From assembly GCA_047602425.1 (NCBI GenBank), contig JASGHG010000001.1, positions 3,904,001 through 3,968,000 on the forward strand: a stretch of DNA of 64,000 nucleotides, given 5' to 3'. The stretch is from Nibricoccus sp. (GTDB lineage: Bacteria > Verrucomicrobiota > Verrucomicrobiia > Opitutales > Opitutaceae). The position numbers and the translations under genes are program-made. Below, one piece after another: positions 56,046-64,000 of the stretch (positions are counted from its first letter, which is position 1; the number at the start of each line of letters is the position of its first letter). Under the pieces are notes generated by a model. The model saw only the letters and a program-made list of their open reading frames with translations. It was not told the origin of the DNA and made no database searches.

Positions 56046-57212
56046 ATGGCAAAATCCTTTGTTTTCTCTTCCGAATCTGTTGGTGAAGGTCACCCCGACA
56101 AGGTCGCTGACCTCATTTCTGACAGCGTCCTCGACGCCTGCCTCGCCCAAGACAAGTACTCGCGTGTCGCCTGCGAGACCATGGTGAAATCCAACATGGT
56201 CATTCTCGCCGGTGAAATCACCACCAAGGCCAAGCTTAACTACGAATCAATTGTCCGGGCTGCGATCCGGGACATTGGCTACGTCAATAACGACGACGTT
56301 TTCCACGCCGACTGTGTATTCATAAACAACTACCTGACGAAGCAGTCGCCCGATATTTCGCAGGGCGTCGACGCCAAAAAAGCCAAGGGCAAGAAGACCG
56401 CCGAGCAGGGCGCCGGCGACCAGGGCCTCATGTTCGGCTTCGCTTGCAACGAAACGCCCGAGCTTATGCCGACGCCGATCATGTTCGCCCACCGCCTCGG
56501 CCGCGAGCTGACCAAGATCCGCAAGAGCGGCAAGGTCGCCTGGCTCCGCCCGGACGCGAAGTCCCAAGTTTCCATCCGCTATGAAGACGGCAAGCCCGTC
56601 GCGGTCGAAAACGTCGTTATCTCCACGCAGCACACCGCCGACGTCGCGCACGGCACGATTGAGGACTACCTCATCGAAAACGTGATCAAGAAGGTCATCC
56701 CGAAACGTTTGCTCACCGACAAAACCGAGTATCTCATCAACCCGACCGGTCGCTTCGTCGTCGGTGGTCCGCAGGGCGACTCCGGCCTCACCGGTCGCAA
56801 GATCATCGTCGACTCCTACGGTGGCTGGGGCCGTCATGGTGGCGGCGCCTTCTCCGGCAAGGATCCGTCGAAGGTCGATCGCTCGGCCGCCTACATGTGC
56901 CGCTGGGTCGCGAAGAACATCGTCGCCGCCGGCCTCGCCGACGCCGTCGAACTCCAGCTCGCCTACGCTATTGGTCATCCCGAGCCGGTCAGCGTCTACG
57001 TTGACACGCAGGGCACGGGCAAAGTGGACGACGTGAAGATCGCCAAAGCGGTCACCAAGGTCTTCGGCTTCAAGCCCGCCCAGATCGTCGAGCAGCTCAA
57101 TCTCCTCCGCCCGATCTACCGCGAGACGACCAACTACGGCCACTTCGGCAAAGCCAGCCTCCCGTGGGAACAGACCAACAAGGCCGCCGCCCTCAAAGCC
57201 GCCATCAAATAA
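56046..57212 (+). CDS. metK: S-adenosylmethionine synthetase
   Basis: [47 protein letters not shown]. Confidence 0.98.
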   Translation: MAKSFVFSSESVGEGHPDKVADLISDSVLDACLAQDKYSRVACETMVKSNMVILAGEITTKAKLNYESIVRAAIRDIGYVNNDDVFHADCVFINNYLTKQSPDISQGVDAKKAKGKKTAEQGAGDQGLMFGFACNETPELMPTPIMFAHRLGRELTKIRKSGKVAWLRPDAKSQVSIRYEDGKPVAVENVVISTQHTADVAHGTIEDYLIENVIKKVIPKRLLTDKTEYLINPTGRFVVGGPQGDSGLTGRKIIVDSYGGWGRHGGGAFSGKDPSKVDRSAAYMCRWVAKNIVAAGLADAVELQLAYAIGHPEPVSVYVDTQGTGKVDDVKIAKAVTKVFGFKPAQIVEQLNLLRPIYRETTNYGHFGKASLPWEQTNKAAALKAAIK

Positions 57213-57242
57213 CCCGCGCTCCGCGCGACAACCTTCATCAAA

Positions 57243-58679
57243 ATGGTTTCTACACTCTCTGCGCCGACCAAGGCGCAACAGGATTATCACGTTAAAGACA
57301 TCTCCCTCGCCGACTGGGGCCGGAAAGAAATTTCCGTCGCCGAACACGAAATGCCCGGCCTTATGTCCGTGCGCAAAAAGTTCGGCCCGTCCAAGCCCCT
57401 GAAAGGCGTACGCGTCACTGGCTCGCTCCACATGACGATCCAGACCGCCGTCCTCATCGAGACGTTGGTCGAACTCGGCGCCTCCGTGCGCTGGGCGTCG
57501 TGCAACATCTTCTCGACGCAGGACCACGCCGCTTCGGCCATCGCCAAGGCCGGTGTCCCGGTCTTCGCTTGGAAAGGCGAAACGCTCGAAGAGTACTGGG
57601 ATCTTACGTGGAAAGCCCTCAGCCACCCGAATGGCACCGGCCCGCAACTCGTCGTCGACGACGGCGGCGACGTCACGCTCCTGCTTCACAAAGGCTACGA
57701 GCTCGAAAAAGGTAGTGACTGGGTGAATACCGCTTCCGGTTCGCACGAAGAGCAGGTCATCAAAAACCTTCTCAAGCGCATCCACAAGGAACAGCCCGGC
57801 ATATTCACCGCGATGGTGAAGGAATGGCGCGGCGTCTCCGAGGAAACTACCACGGGCGTCCACCGCCTCTACCAGCTCCACGAACAGGGCAAGCTCCTCG
57901 TCCCATCGATCAACGTCAACGACTCCGTCACGAAGTCGAAATTCGACAACCTTTACGGTTGCCGCGAATCTCTCGCCGACGGACTCAAGCGCGCCACCGA
58001 CGTCATGATCGCCGGCAAAGTCGCCTGCGTCTGCGGTTATGGTGACGTAGGCAAAGGTTCGGCTTTTTCGCTCAAAGGTTTCGGTGCCCGTGTCATCGTC
58101 ACCGAGATCGATCCCATCAACGCCCTTCAAGCCGCGATGGAAGGTTTCGAAGTCAATACAATCGAGAGCACGCTCGGCGTCGCGGACATTTACGTCACGA
58201 CGACCGGCAACTGCGACATCATCACGCTGGAACACATGCAGCAGATGAAGGACCAGGCCATCGTTTGTAACATCGGCCATTTCGACAACGAGATCCAGGT
58301 CGACCAGCTCTACAAAGCTCCCGGCGTGAAGCGCGTCACGATCAAGCCGCAGTACGACATGTTCACGTTCCCCAAAGGTAACAGCATCTACCTGCTCGCC
58401 GAAGGCCGCCTCGTGAACCTCGGCTGCGCAACGGGCCACCCGTCGTTCGTCATGTCAAACAGCTTCACGAACCAGACGCTTGCCCAGCTCGATCTCTGGA
58501 AAAACAAGGACACCTACAAGATCGGCGTCTATCGTTTGCCGAAGCACCTCGACGAAGAAGTCGCCCGGCTGCACTTGGAAAAAATCGGTGTGAAGCTCAC
58601 GAAACTCACCGAGAAACAAGCCAAGTACCTCGGAGTCCCGGTCGAAGGCCCTTACAAGCCCGAACACTACCGGTACTAA
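57243..58679 (+). CDS. ahcY: Adenosylhomocysteinase
   Basis: [59 protein letters not shown]. Confidence 0.98.
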   Translation: MVSTLSAPTKAQQDYHVKDISLADWGRKEISVAEHEMPGLMSVRKKFGPSKPLKGVRVTGSLHMTIQTAVLIETLVELGASVRWASCNIFSTQDHAASAIAKAGVPVFAWKGETLEEYWDLTWKALSHPNGTGPQLVVDDGGDVTLLLHKGYELEKGSDWVNTASGSHEEQVIKNLLKRIHKEQPGIFTAMVKEWRGVSEETTTGVHRLYQLHEQGKLLVPSINVNDSVTKSKFDNLYGCRESLADGLKRATDVMIAGKVACVCGYGDVGKGSAFSLKGFGARVIVTEIDPINALQAAMEGFEVNTIESTLGVADIYVTTTGNCDIITLEHMQQMKDQAIVCNIGHFDNEIQVDQLYKAPGVKRVTIKPQYDMFTFPKGNSIYLLAEGRLVNLGCATGHPSFVMSNSFTNQTLAQLDLWKNKDTYKIGVYRLPKHLDEEVARLHLEKIGVKLTKLTEKQAKYLGVPVEGPYKPEHYRY

Positions 58680-58702
58680 ACCGATATACAGAACTAATAT
58701 CC

Positions 58703-58733
58703 AAACGCGTGGCCTCTCGCCGCGCGTTTTTTT
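58703..58733 (+). terminator. Intrinsic terminator of metK-ahcY
   Basis: AAACGCGTGGC-CTCTC-GCCGCGCGTTT followed by a T run. Confidence 0.85.
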
Positions 58734-58829
58734 ATTTTCTATTTCTGAATCGGGAACCCGGCTCAGAAGTGCAATTTCATGCGTTCAGGCCGTGAGTTTT
58801 TCGGCCTGCGCAGCGTCATGAAGTTATGT

Positions 58830-59075
58830 TCACTCCATGCAGTCTTTGTGTTTTTTTTGAGTGAGATCGGAGAGGGCGGCTTGAATTTGGGCGCGAACGC
58901 GGACGTTGCTCAGTTCTTCAGCGAGGCTATGGATGATGATCGAAAGAAGCATGTCGCGGGTGGCTTTGGGCGTTTTCCCATGAAGCGAAGTGCGGGCATT
59001 ATTACCGGACCATTCACGCAGCTCTTGGCGCACGGCGGAGAGGCTGTCGAAGGTGACGTCTTGCAGAAGTTTCAT
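58830..59075 (-). CDS. Small hypothetical protein (81 aa)
   Basis: ATG preceded by the C/A-rich leader seen on other genes here; no recognised motif. Confidence 0.5.
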   Translation of the reverse strand: MKLLQDVTFDSLSAVRQELREWSGNNARTSLHGKTPKATRDMLLSIIIHSLAEELSNVRVRAQIQAALSDLTQKKHKDCME

Positions 59076-59214
59076 CGGTGGTTGGATCTGGGTTCTGTGA
59101 GCTGAAGCTGGTGTGGTTGTTGGTATATATATATTAGGAATTTTCGGCGGGTTGTTTCAGAAAAAGTGAACCGAAGTGGATACGACTGCGCCGGGCGGAT
59201 GTTTGTTTTTGTAC

Positions 59215-59246
59215 AAAAAAAGGCCGGCATCGTAAGACGCCGGCCT
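59215..59246 (-). terminator. Intrinsic terminator downstream of the 77-aa gene
   Basis: Minus strand reads AGGCCGGCGTC-TTAC-GATGCCGGCCT-TTTTTT. Confidence 0.85.
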
Positions 59247-59271
59247 CGGAAAGACGCAAGATGCGTTGAGA

Positions 59272-59505
59272 TTATTTGGCTTTGCTGAGCTTTTCCCCAG
59301 CAGCGTGCGCGAGTTTAATTGCACCTGCTTTGATCTCGGCGACGCCCGGTGTTTTTGGAGGGAGGGCCTTGATCAGTTTTAGGACTTGGGCGGCAACAAG
59401 CGCCTCTTGCAGGCCGGGCAGGGTTTTGCCTGCGGCAGCGGTTGAACTGGGGGCGAGAAGGAATGTTTCGCCCGGATTTTCTGGTGGCGGTACTTCGTCT
59501 GGCAT
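59272..59505 (-). CDS. Small hypothetical protein (77 aa)
   Basis: Lies between the kinase stop and a strong terminator; Ala/Lys-rich helical C-terminal half. Confidence 0.6.
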   Translation of the reverse strand: MPDEVPPPENPGETFLLAPSSTAAAGKTLPGLQEALVAAQVLKLIKALPPKTPGVAEIKAGAIKLAHAAGEKLSKAK

Positions 59506-59564
59506 AGCGTTTTGGCGGGTTGACTGTTTGGATGGATTCTAACGGAGAATGGGTGGAGGGCAGG

Positions 59565-62500
59565 TCATCGCCAATTGAGGCCAAGGTTGTTCAATTCATT
59601 CCTCAGTTCCTGGAGGTTCCAGAGGACGAGGGAATTGTCCAAGCCATGCAGCGCCAGTTGCGAACCGTCGGGTGAAAATTTAAGTCGGCTGGCAGTCGCG
59701 GGGAGAATACGCTGCTCCAGCATCGCGAGCAGTTCTCCGGAGGGCAGCGCGAGGATTGCAGTCTGATCGAGTATCCGCACGGCTAAGAACCGTTCATCGT
59801 AAGAGAATGAAATGGCCGATGCTTTCTCCTCAATTTCGCGGGGTAATGCGGGGCCTTTGGTCCAATGCTCGGTTTCCCAAAGGATATTTTCGGATTTCCC
59901 CGTCACGCCCAGCCATCGACCGCTGGGACTGAAGGTGATTGTACCTCCTTGGACGCCCGAGAGCTCAGCGATTTTTTCAGCTGTGGCTAACGACCAGATG
60001 GTGTGCGTGCGATTTAGATAGGCTATGACGGCCCATTTTTTATTGGGGCTTATCGCGAGGTCTTGGATCGCTTGGGCGTTGTCCACGCAAAGAAGGGTTT
60101 TGCCTGTGGCGTGGTCCCAGACGATGCCCTTGGTCTCTTTATCGGAAGTCAGGCCGAAATAGGCGGAGCCATCGTAGGATGCCGCGCCGAATGCGTAGGT
60201 CGCCCACTCTGACTGTGGGTCGCCGAGCGATATTTCGAACTTCTCGCCTTTATACGAATACCGATGGAAAGAGAGCCCTGACTTGCGGGAAAGCACAGCC
60301 AGTGTCTGGTTGTCGGCGAGAAACCGGAGAGAAGTCTGGGTCGCGGAGGGGAGGGATATCGTGGACAGAGGCAATCCTTTCTTTGCGTCAACTATTTGAA
60401 CGGAATTGATGGATGCCCTGGCGAGAAGCTTCGAGTCGGGAGAAAAATCGAGAGAGCTGACTTTTTGCGTTTGTTCGTTGGTTGAGGACGGTGCAAATGT
60501 CATGCAGATCCGGCGGAGCCCGACGATTTCGTTAATTTTGGCGGACTGGCCCGAAAACGTGCCGAGAAATCGGTCATCGGGAGAAAAGTTGGCAGCGCTC
60601 TCGGAGCCGTGGCCCGCGGCTTCAACCAGTTGAGTCAAGGTTCGCACGTCCCAAAGACGCAGAGTGAATTCGCCCGAATTGGAGACGATCATGTCGCTCC
60701 GATGATTGAAGGCGATTTTTGCTGGCGGCTGGCGATGTCCAATCAACGATCCGACATTTTGCCAGTCGCTTGTGCGAAAGATTTGGATTGAGTAATCGGA
60801 GCAACCAACGGCCAGCCACTGCAAATCGGGACTCCAAGCGAAGCAACTCGGATACGAATTCAACGCCACCTTTGCAACGGGCTCGTCGTCTTTGAAAGAC
60901 CAGAGGTAGAAAAATTTCTCTTTGTAAGGGACCTGTGTCGGAATGGGAGCGTCGAACACTGCAAGTCGATTGTCGGGAGAGATGGCAATTTGTTCTGGAT
61001 GGATGGTTTTGGTTGTGGCGATTGTTTTGGCCGTGAGCAGGTCGATCACGTCAACGCCGTCGCTCGAGCCCAGGGATAGCAACGTCTCGTCCTGCGAGAA
61101 CATGCAATCGGCCGAGGTGTATCCGATCTGGCGGGGAATTTTCCGGTTTGGAAAAAGGGCAACTCGACGTCCTGTGGCGCACTCATAAATGTACACGGCG
61201 TCGTCAGTACAACGGGCCGCAAGGTAGCGGGTGCCGCTGTGGATCAATGAGAGTATGGGCTTGCCCGCGCCTTTGATTATGCGCTGAGACTCGCCATTTT
61301 TTAGGCTCAGGATATTGATGTCTCCCTCCTCGGTGGCGACTGCAACGGTTTCGAGTTTTGTGTCGAACGCAGAGGGTTGTTGAAGGGGGGCTTTGCGAAC
61401 TTTGAGGGACTTTGTTGTTTTGACGTCGACCAGCGTGAGGGCCGCGATGGCTTCATTGCGAAGCTCGATGCTGGGGCGGATCGCGGCGGCCTTTTTAATC
61501 GCTTCGAGGGCTTCGATGCGATGGCCGGCCTGGTTGGTCATGCGCGAGGCGCGGGCTTGGGCGAGGAGGGCATTATAGAGCTGTTCCACCGCGTCTTTTT
61601 CGGCGATGACGGCGCGTTTGCGCGCGGCGTTGATGTTGATGGCCGCGATGGTCGAACCAACGGCCAGAGCCGTGATGGCGGCGGCGAGGACGGCGCCGAG
61701 GGTGGCGGGCAAAGGATTGCGGCGGGCCCAACGCCAGAGTTGTTCGGCGGCGCTGACGGGACGGGCGCGGATTGGGCGGCCTTCGATCCAGTTTTCAAGA
61801 TCCTGGGCGAGCGCGAGGGCTGTTTTGTATCTGGCCTCAGGTTCGCGTTCGAGGGCCTTGAGGCAGATGATCTCCAGATCGCGTGGAGTGTGGTTGACGA
61901 TGGAAGATGGTTTGGCTGGGGTGCACTCGGACGCCTGCCGGAGGGTGTCGATGACGGATTCGCCGACGAACGGAGGGCGGCCGGTGAGAAGTTCGTAGAG
62001 AATGGCGCCGAGGCTGTAGATGTCGGCGGCGGTGGTGAGGCCTTTTTTTCCGCTGGCCTGTTCGGGTGCGATGTAGTGCGGCGTGCCCAGCACGGCGGAA
62101 GTGATGGTGAGGCGGCGATCGTCTTCGATCCATTTGGCGAGGCCGAAATCGCAGACATAGGGTTCGCCTGCGTCATCGAGGAGGATGTTGCCGGGCTTGA
62201 GATCGCGATGGAGGATGCCGTGCTCGTGGGCATGCTGGATGCCCCGGGAAATCTTGGCGAGAAGCTCGGCGCACTGGCGTGGATTGCCGAGATATTCGGG
62301 AAGGCGTTGCGCGAGGCTGCCGCCCGTGGCGAGCTTCATGCTGAAGAATGGAATACCGTCGTGCTCGCCGACCTCGTGAATGGGAAGAATATTGCGGTGA
62401 TCGAGACTGGTGACAGCGCGGACTTCGGAGCGGAAGCGTTTGACCAAATCGGGCTCGTCGAGGTGATGCGCCTGAAGGATTTTCAGCGCGACGGTACGGC

Positions 62501-62750
62501 CGGTCACGTGGTCGCGGGCACGATAAACGGTGCCCATGCCGCCGCGGCCGAGTTCCTCGATGATATCAAAATGCGAGAACGCGCGGCCGAGCGACGGCGC
62601 GGGTTTTTCGTCCTCCCAGAACGCGTGTTCCTCGCCGCGGTCCTCCAAGTCGAGGGTGTTGGTGAGCAGGCAGGAGGGGCAAAGGCCGTCCAATTTTTCC
62701 GAGACAAAAACGAGTCCGCAGCGATGGCAGGTGCGTTCGGCTTTTGTCAT
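59565..62750 (-). CDS. Hanks-type Ser/Thr protein kinase with a TM segment and WD40 repeats
   Basis: N-terminal CHRC...CPSC; LGRGGMG.V, VALK, HRDLKPGN, DFGLAK, GTPHYIAPE, DIYSLG; WD40-like FSPD and LWDV repeats. Confidence 0.95.
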   Translation of the reverse strand: MTKAERTCHRCGLVFVSEKLDGLCPSCLLTNTLDLEDRGEEHAFWEDEKPAPSLGRAFSHFDIIEELGRGGMGTVYRARDHVTGRTVALKILQAHHLDEPDLVKRFRSEVRAVTSLDHRNILPIHEVGEHDGIPFFSMKLATGGSLAQRLPEYLGNPRQCAELLAKISRGIQHAHEHGILHRDLKPGNILLDDAGEPYVCDFGLAKWIEDDRRLTITSAVLGTPHYIAPEQASGKKGLTTAADIYSLGAILYELLTGRPPFVGESVIDTLRQASECTPAKPSSIVNHTPRDLEIICLKALEREPEARYKTALALAQDLENWIEGRPIRARPVSAAEQLWRWARRNPLPATLGAVLAAAITALAVGSTIAAININAARKRAVIAEKDAVEQLYNALLAQARASRMTNQAGHRIEALEAIKKAAAIRPSIELRNEAIAALTLVDVKTTKSLKVRKAPLQQPSAFDTKLETVAVATEEGDINILSLKNGESQRIIKGAGKPILSLIHSGTRYLAARCTDDAVYIYECATGRRVALFPNRKIPRQIGYTSADCMFSQDETLLSLGSSDGVDVIDLLTAKTIATTKTIHPEQIAISPDNRLAVFDAPIPTQVPYKEKFFYLWSFKDDEPVAKVALNSYPSCFAWSPDLQWLAVGCSDYSIQIFRTSDWQNVGSLIGHRQPPAKIAFNHRSDMIVSNSGEFTLRLWDVRTLTQLVEAAGHGSESAANFSPDDRFLGTFSGQSAKINEIVGLRRICMTFAPSSTNEQTQKVSSLDFSPDSKLLARASINSVQIVDAKKGLPLSTISLPSATQTSLRFLADNQTLAVLSRKSGLSFHRYSYKGEKFEISLGDPQSEWATYAFGAASYDGSAYFGLTSDKETKGIVWDHATGKTLLCVDNAQAIQDLAISPNKKWAVIAYLNRTHTIWSLATAEKIAELSGVQGGTITFSPSGRWLGVTGKSENILWETEHWTKGPALPREIEEKASAISFSYDERFLAVRILDQTAILALPSGELLAMLEQRILPATASRLKFSPDGSQLALHGLDNSLVLWNLQELRNELNNLGLNWR

Positions 62751-62774
62751 GATGGGCGAGACACTCTGGATGGG

Positions 62775-63536
62775 TCAGCTGGTTGGCTTCGCAAGGACCG
62801 TCCGCAGGTGGCGCATTTCCTCGTCAATCTGGTCGGGGGAATCGACGGTCTTGGCGACTTCGCGGCGGAGGTGGGTGCGGAATTCGTGACGCAGACGGTG
62901 GACGCCGGTGCGCAGCGCGCCGGAAGACTGGTTGAGCGTGGCCGCGGCGTTTTCGTAGGCGCCAGCGGAAGGTTCGTCGACGAGGAAGGTTTTGAGGATG
63001 TTGAAAACGTCGCGTTTGCCTTTGCGGGCGAAATCTTTTTCCAGCTGGACGAGCGCGACCTCGACCGCGGCGACGGCCCATTCGCGTTCGAAAACGGCTT
63101 CCGCTGGCACGGGGGAGGCGGACTGGGAGGATTCGAATTTCAGCAAAACCTCCTGGTCGTCGATCGAGACCGGTTGGGACCCGCCGCCTCGTTTTTGGGC
63201 GCTATTGCGGGCGACCTCATTGGCCATGTGGTGCTGAAGCGACGCGAGCAGGTAGTTGCGAAATTTTCCCTTAAGCGGATCGGCCCGGGAGAGGGACTTG
63301 TTTTCGATCAAATGAAGGAAAAAGTTTTGGATGGTATCTTGTGCGTGGTGATGGTCGAGGCCACGCCGGCGAGCGAAGGAATAGAGCGGCTGCCAGTAGG
63401 TGCGACAAAGCTCGGCCAGGGCTTCGCCGGCGCCGGGAGCCTGGGTCTTCGCGGAAGCCAGCACGACGCTCCAACGGGTTGGCTCAAAGCGGGCCTGCGC
63501 GGATTTATTGGGCGTAAGCGGTGCGTCGTTATCCAC
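62775..63536 (-). CDS. ECF-type RNA polymerase sigma factor (kinase-associated)
   Basis: GTG start at 63536. F..TRWSVV, LCRTYWQPLY, GKFRNYLL, AQKRGGG, FEREWA, VHRLR. Confidence 0.9.
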   Translation of the reverse strand: MDNDAPLTPNKSAQARFEPTRWSVVLASAKTQAPGAGEALAELCRTYWQPLYSFARRRGLDHHHAQDTIQNFFLHLIENKSLSRADPLKGKFRNYLLASLQHHMANEVARNSAQKRGGGSQPVSIDDQEVLLKFESSQSASPVPAEAVFEREWAVAAVEVALVQLEKDFARKGKRDVFNILKTFLVDEPSAGAYENAAATLNQSSGALRTGVHRLRHEFRTHLRREVAKTVDSPDQIDEEMRHLRTVLAKPTS

Positions 63537-63776
63537 AGTGCGCACTGTGCAAACTAATCTCGCGATTGTCGATAGACGACTTGGTCGTGAAATTGCATAT
63601 AAATGGACACGGCGGAACGGGGCTGAATGGCCCAACTGTTGTGTGTCCGGTTGTCGCTGGAATCGCGGCTTGCGCACATATAGGTATTACGAATTCCGCG
63701 CTTTGTGTTACAAAGTTTCCGCAAAAATATGCGCCGCCGGCCACGTGGCGGGCAGGGAGTTGGGTTTTACGACTGT

Positions 63777-64000
63777 CTAGCGAACAAAAAACGGATTGTT
63801 GCGCCGTTCCTGGGCCACGGTCGTCAACGGCCCATGGCCGCAGGCGAGCATGGTGTCGTTGGGCAAAGTCATGATTTTTTTTATGTTGTTCTCGTAGGCG
63901 TCGGCGAAGGCGGTCGCGGTTCCACCCATCGAACAGGAGAACATCGAATCACCCACCACCGCCAAAGGCCAGGAGAGTCCTGTCACAAAATAGGTCGTGC
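63777..64000 (-). CDS. Metallo-beta-lactamase fold hydrolase (C-terminal part only)
   Basis: VVGDSMF..SMGG, LACGHGPLTTV.QE..NPF; the 5' end lies outside the window. Confidence 0.85.
   Translation of the reverse strand, partial: TTYFVTGLSWPLAVVGDSMFSCSMGGTATAFADAYENNIKKIMTLPNDTMLACGHGPLTTVAQERRNNPFFVR

Noticed and set aside
56247..58439. 730-aa antisense ORF spanning metK and ahcY
   Set aside because: Shadow ORF. The two genes share a frame and their strong codon bias removes antisense stops; the product has no recognisable motif.
61377..63557. 726-aa plus-strand ORF opposite the kinase and sigma genes
   Set aside because: Antisense shadow of two well-supported GC-rich genes.

Overview
GC-rich bacterial chromosomal window (roughly 60% GC by eye). 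It is most likely Verrucomicrobiota/Opitutaceae, an inference from gene content, SD-less C-rich leaders and the ECF-sigma/Ser-Thr-kinase pair. It is mostly housekeeping: mutS (partial), alr, tsaB, valS, cysH, tgt, gmd-fcl, cimA, rpmB, a CtpA-type protease with tsaD, ribE, a UDG, opgG/opgH and metK-ahcY. Interspersed are signalling genes (a beta-propeller hybrid kinase, a phosphorelay/PilB-like ATPase operon, an ECF sigma plus WD40 kinase), pectin-degrading enzymes (a PL1 lyase with poly-Ser linkers and a GH78 rhamnosidase) and two small AT-rich islets. I found no rRNA, tRNA, CRISPR array or transposase. Most notable: (1) Tgt fused to an MnmC/MnmD-like methyltransferase, divergent from a U32 (TrhP-like) gene; (2) five intergenic copies of a 21-bp palindrome TTGTCATC-N5-GATGACAA, including a perfect inverted doublet; (3) an Ile-rich leader peptide attenuator, absent from the ORF track, upstream of citramalate synthase; (4) an orphan PilB/GspE ATPase inside a phosphorelay operon; (5) a perfect 22-bp operator-like palindrome upstream of cysH. 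Family calls come from motif recognition only; no searches were run.
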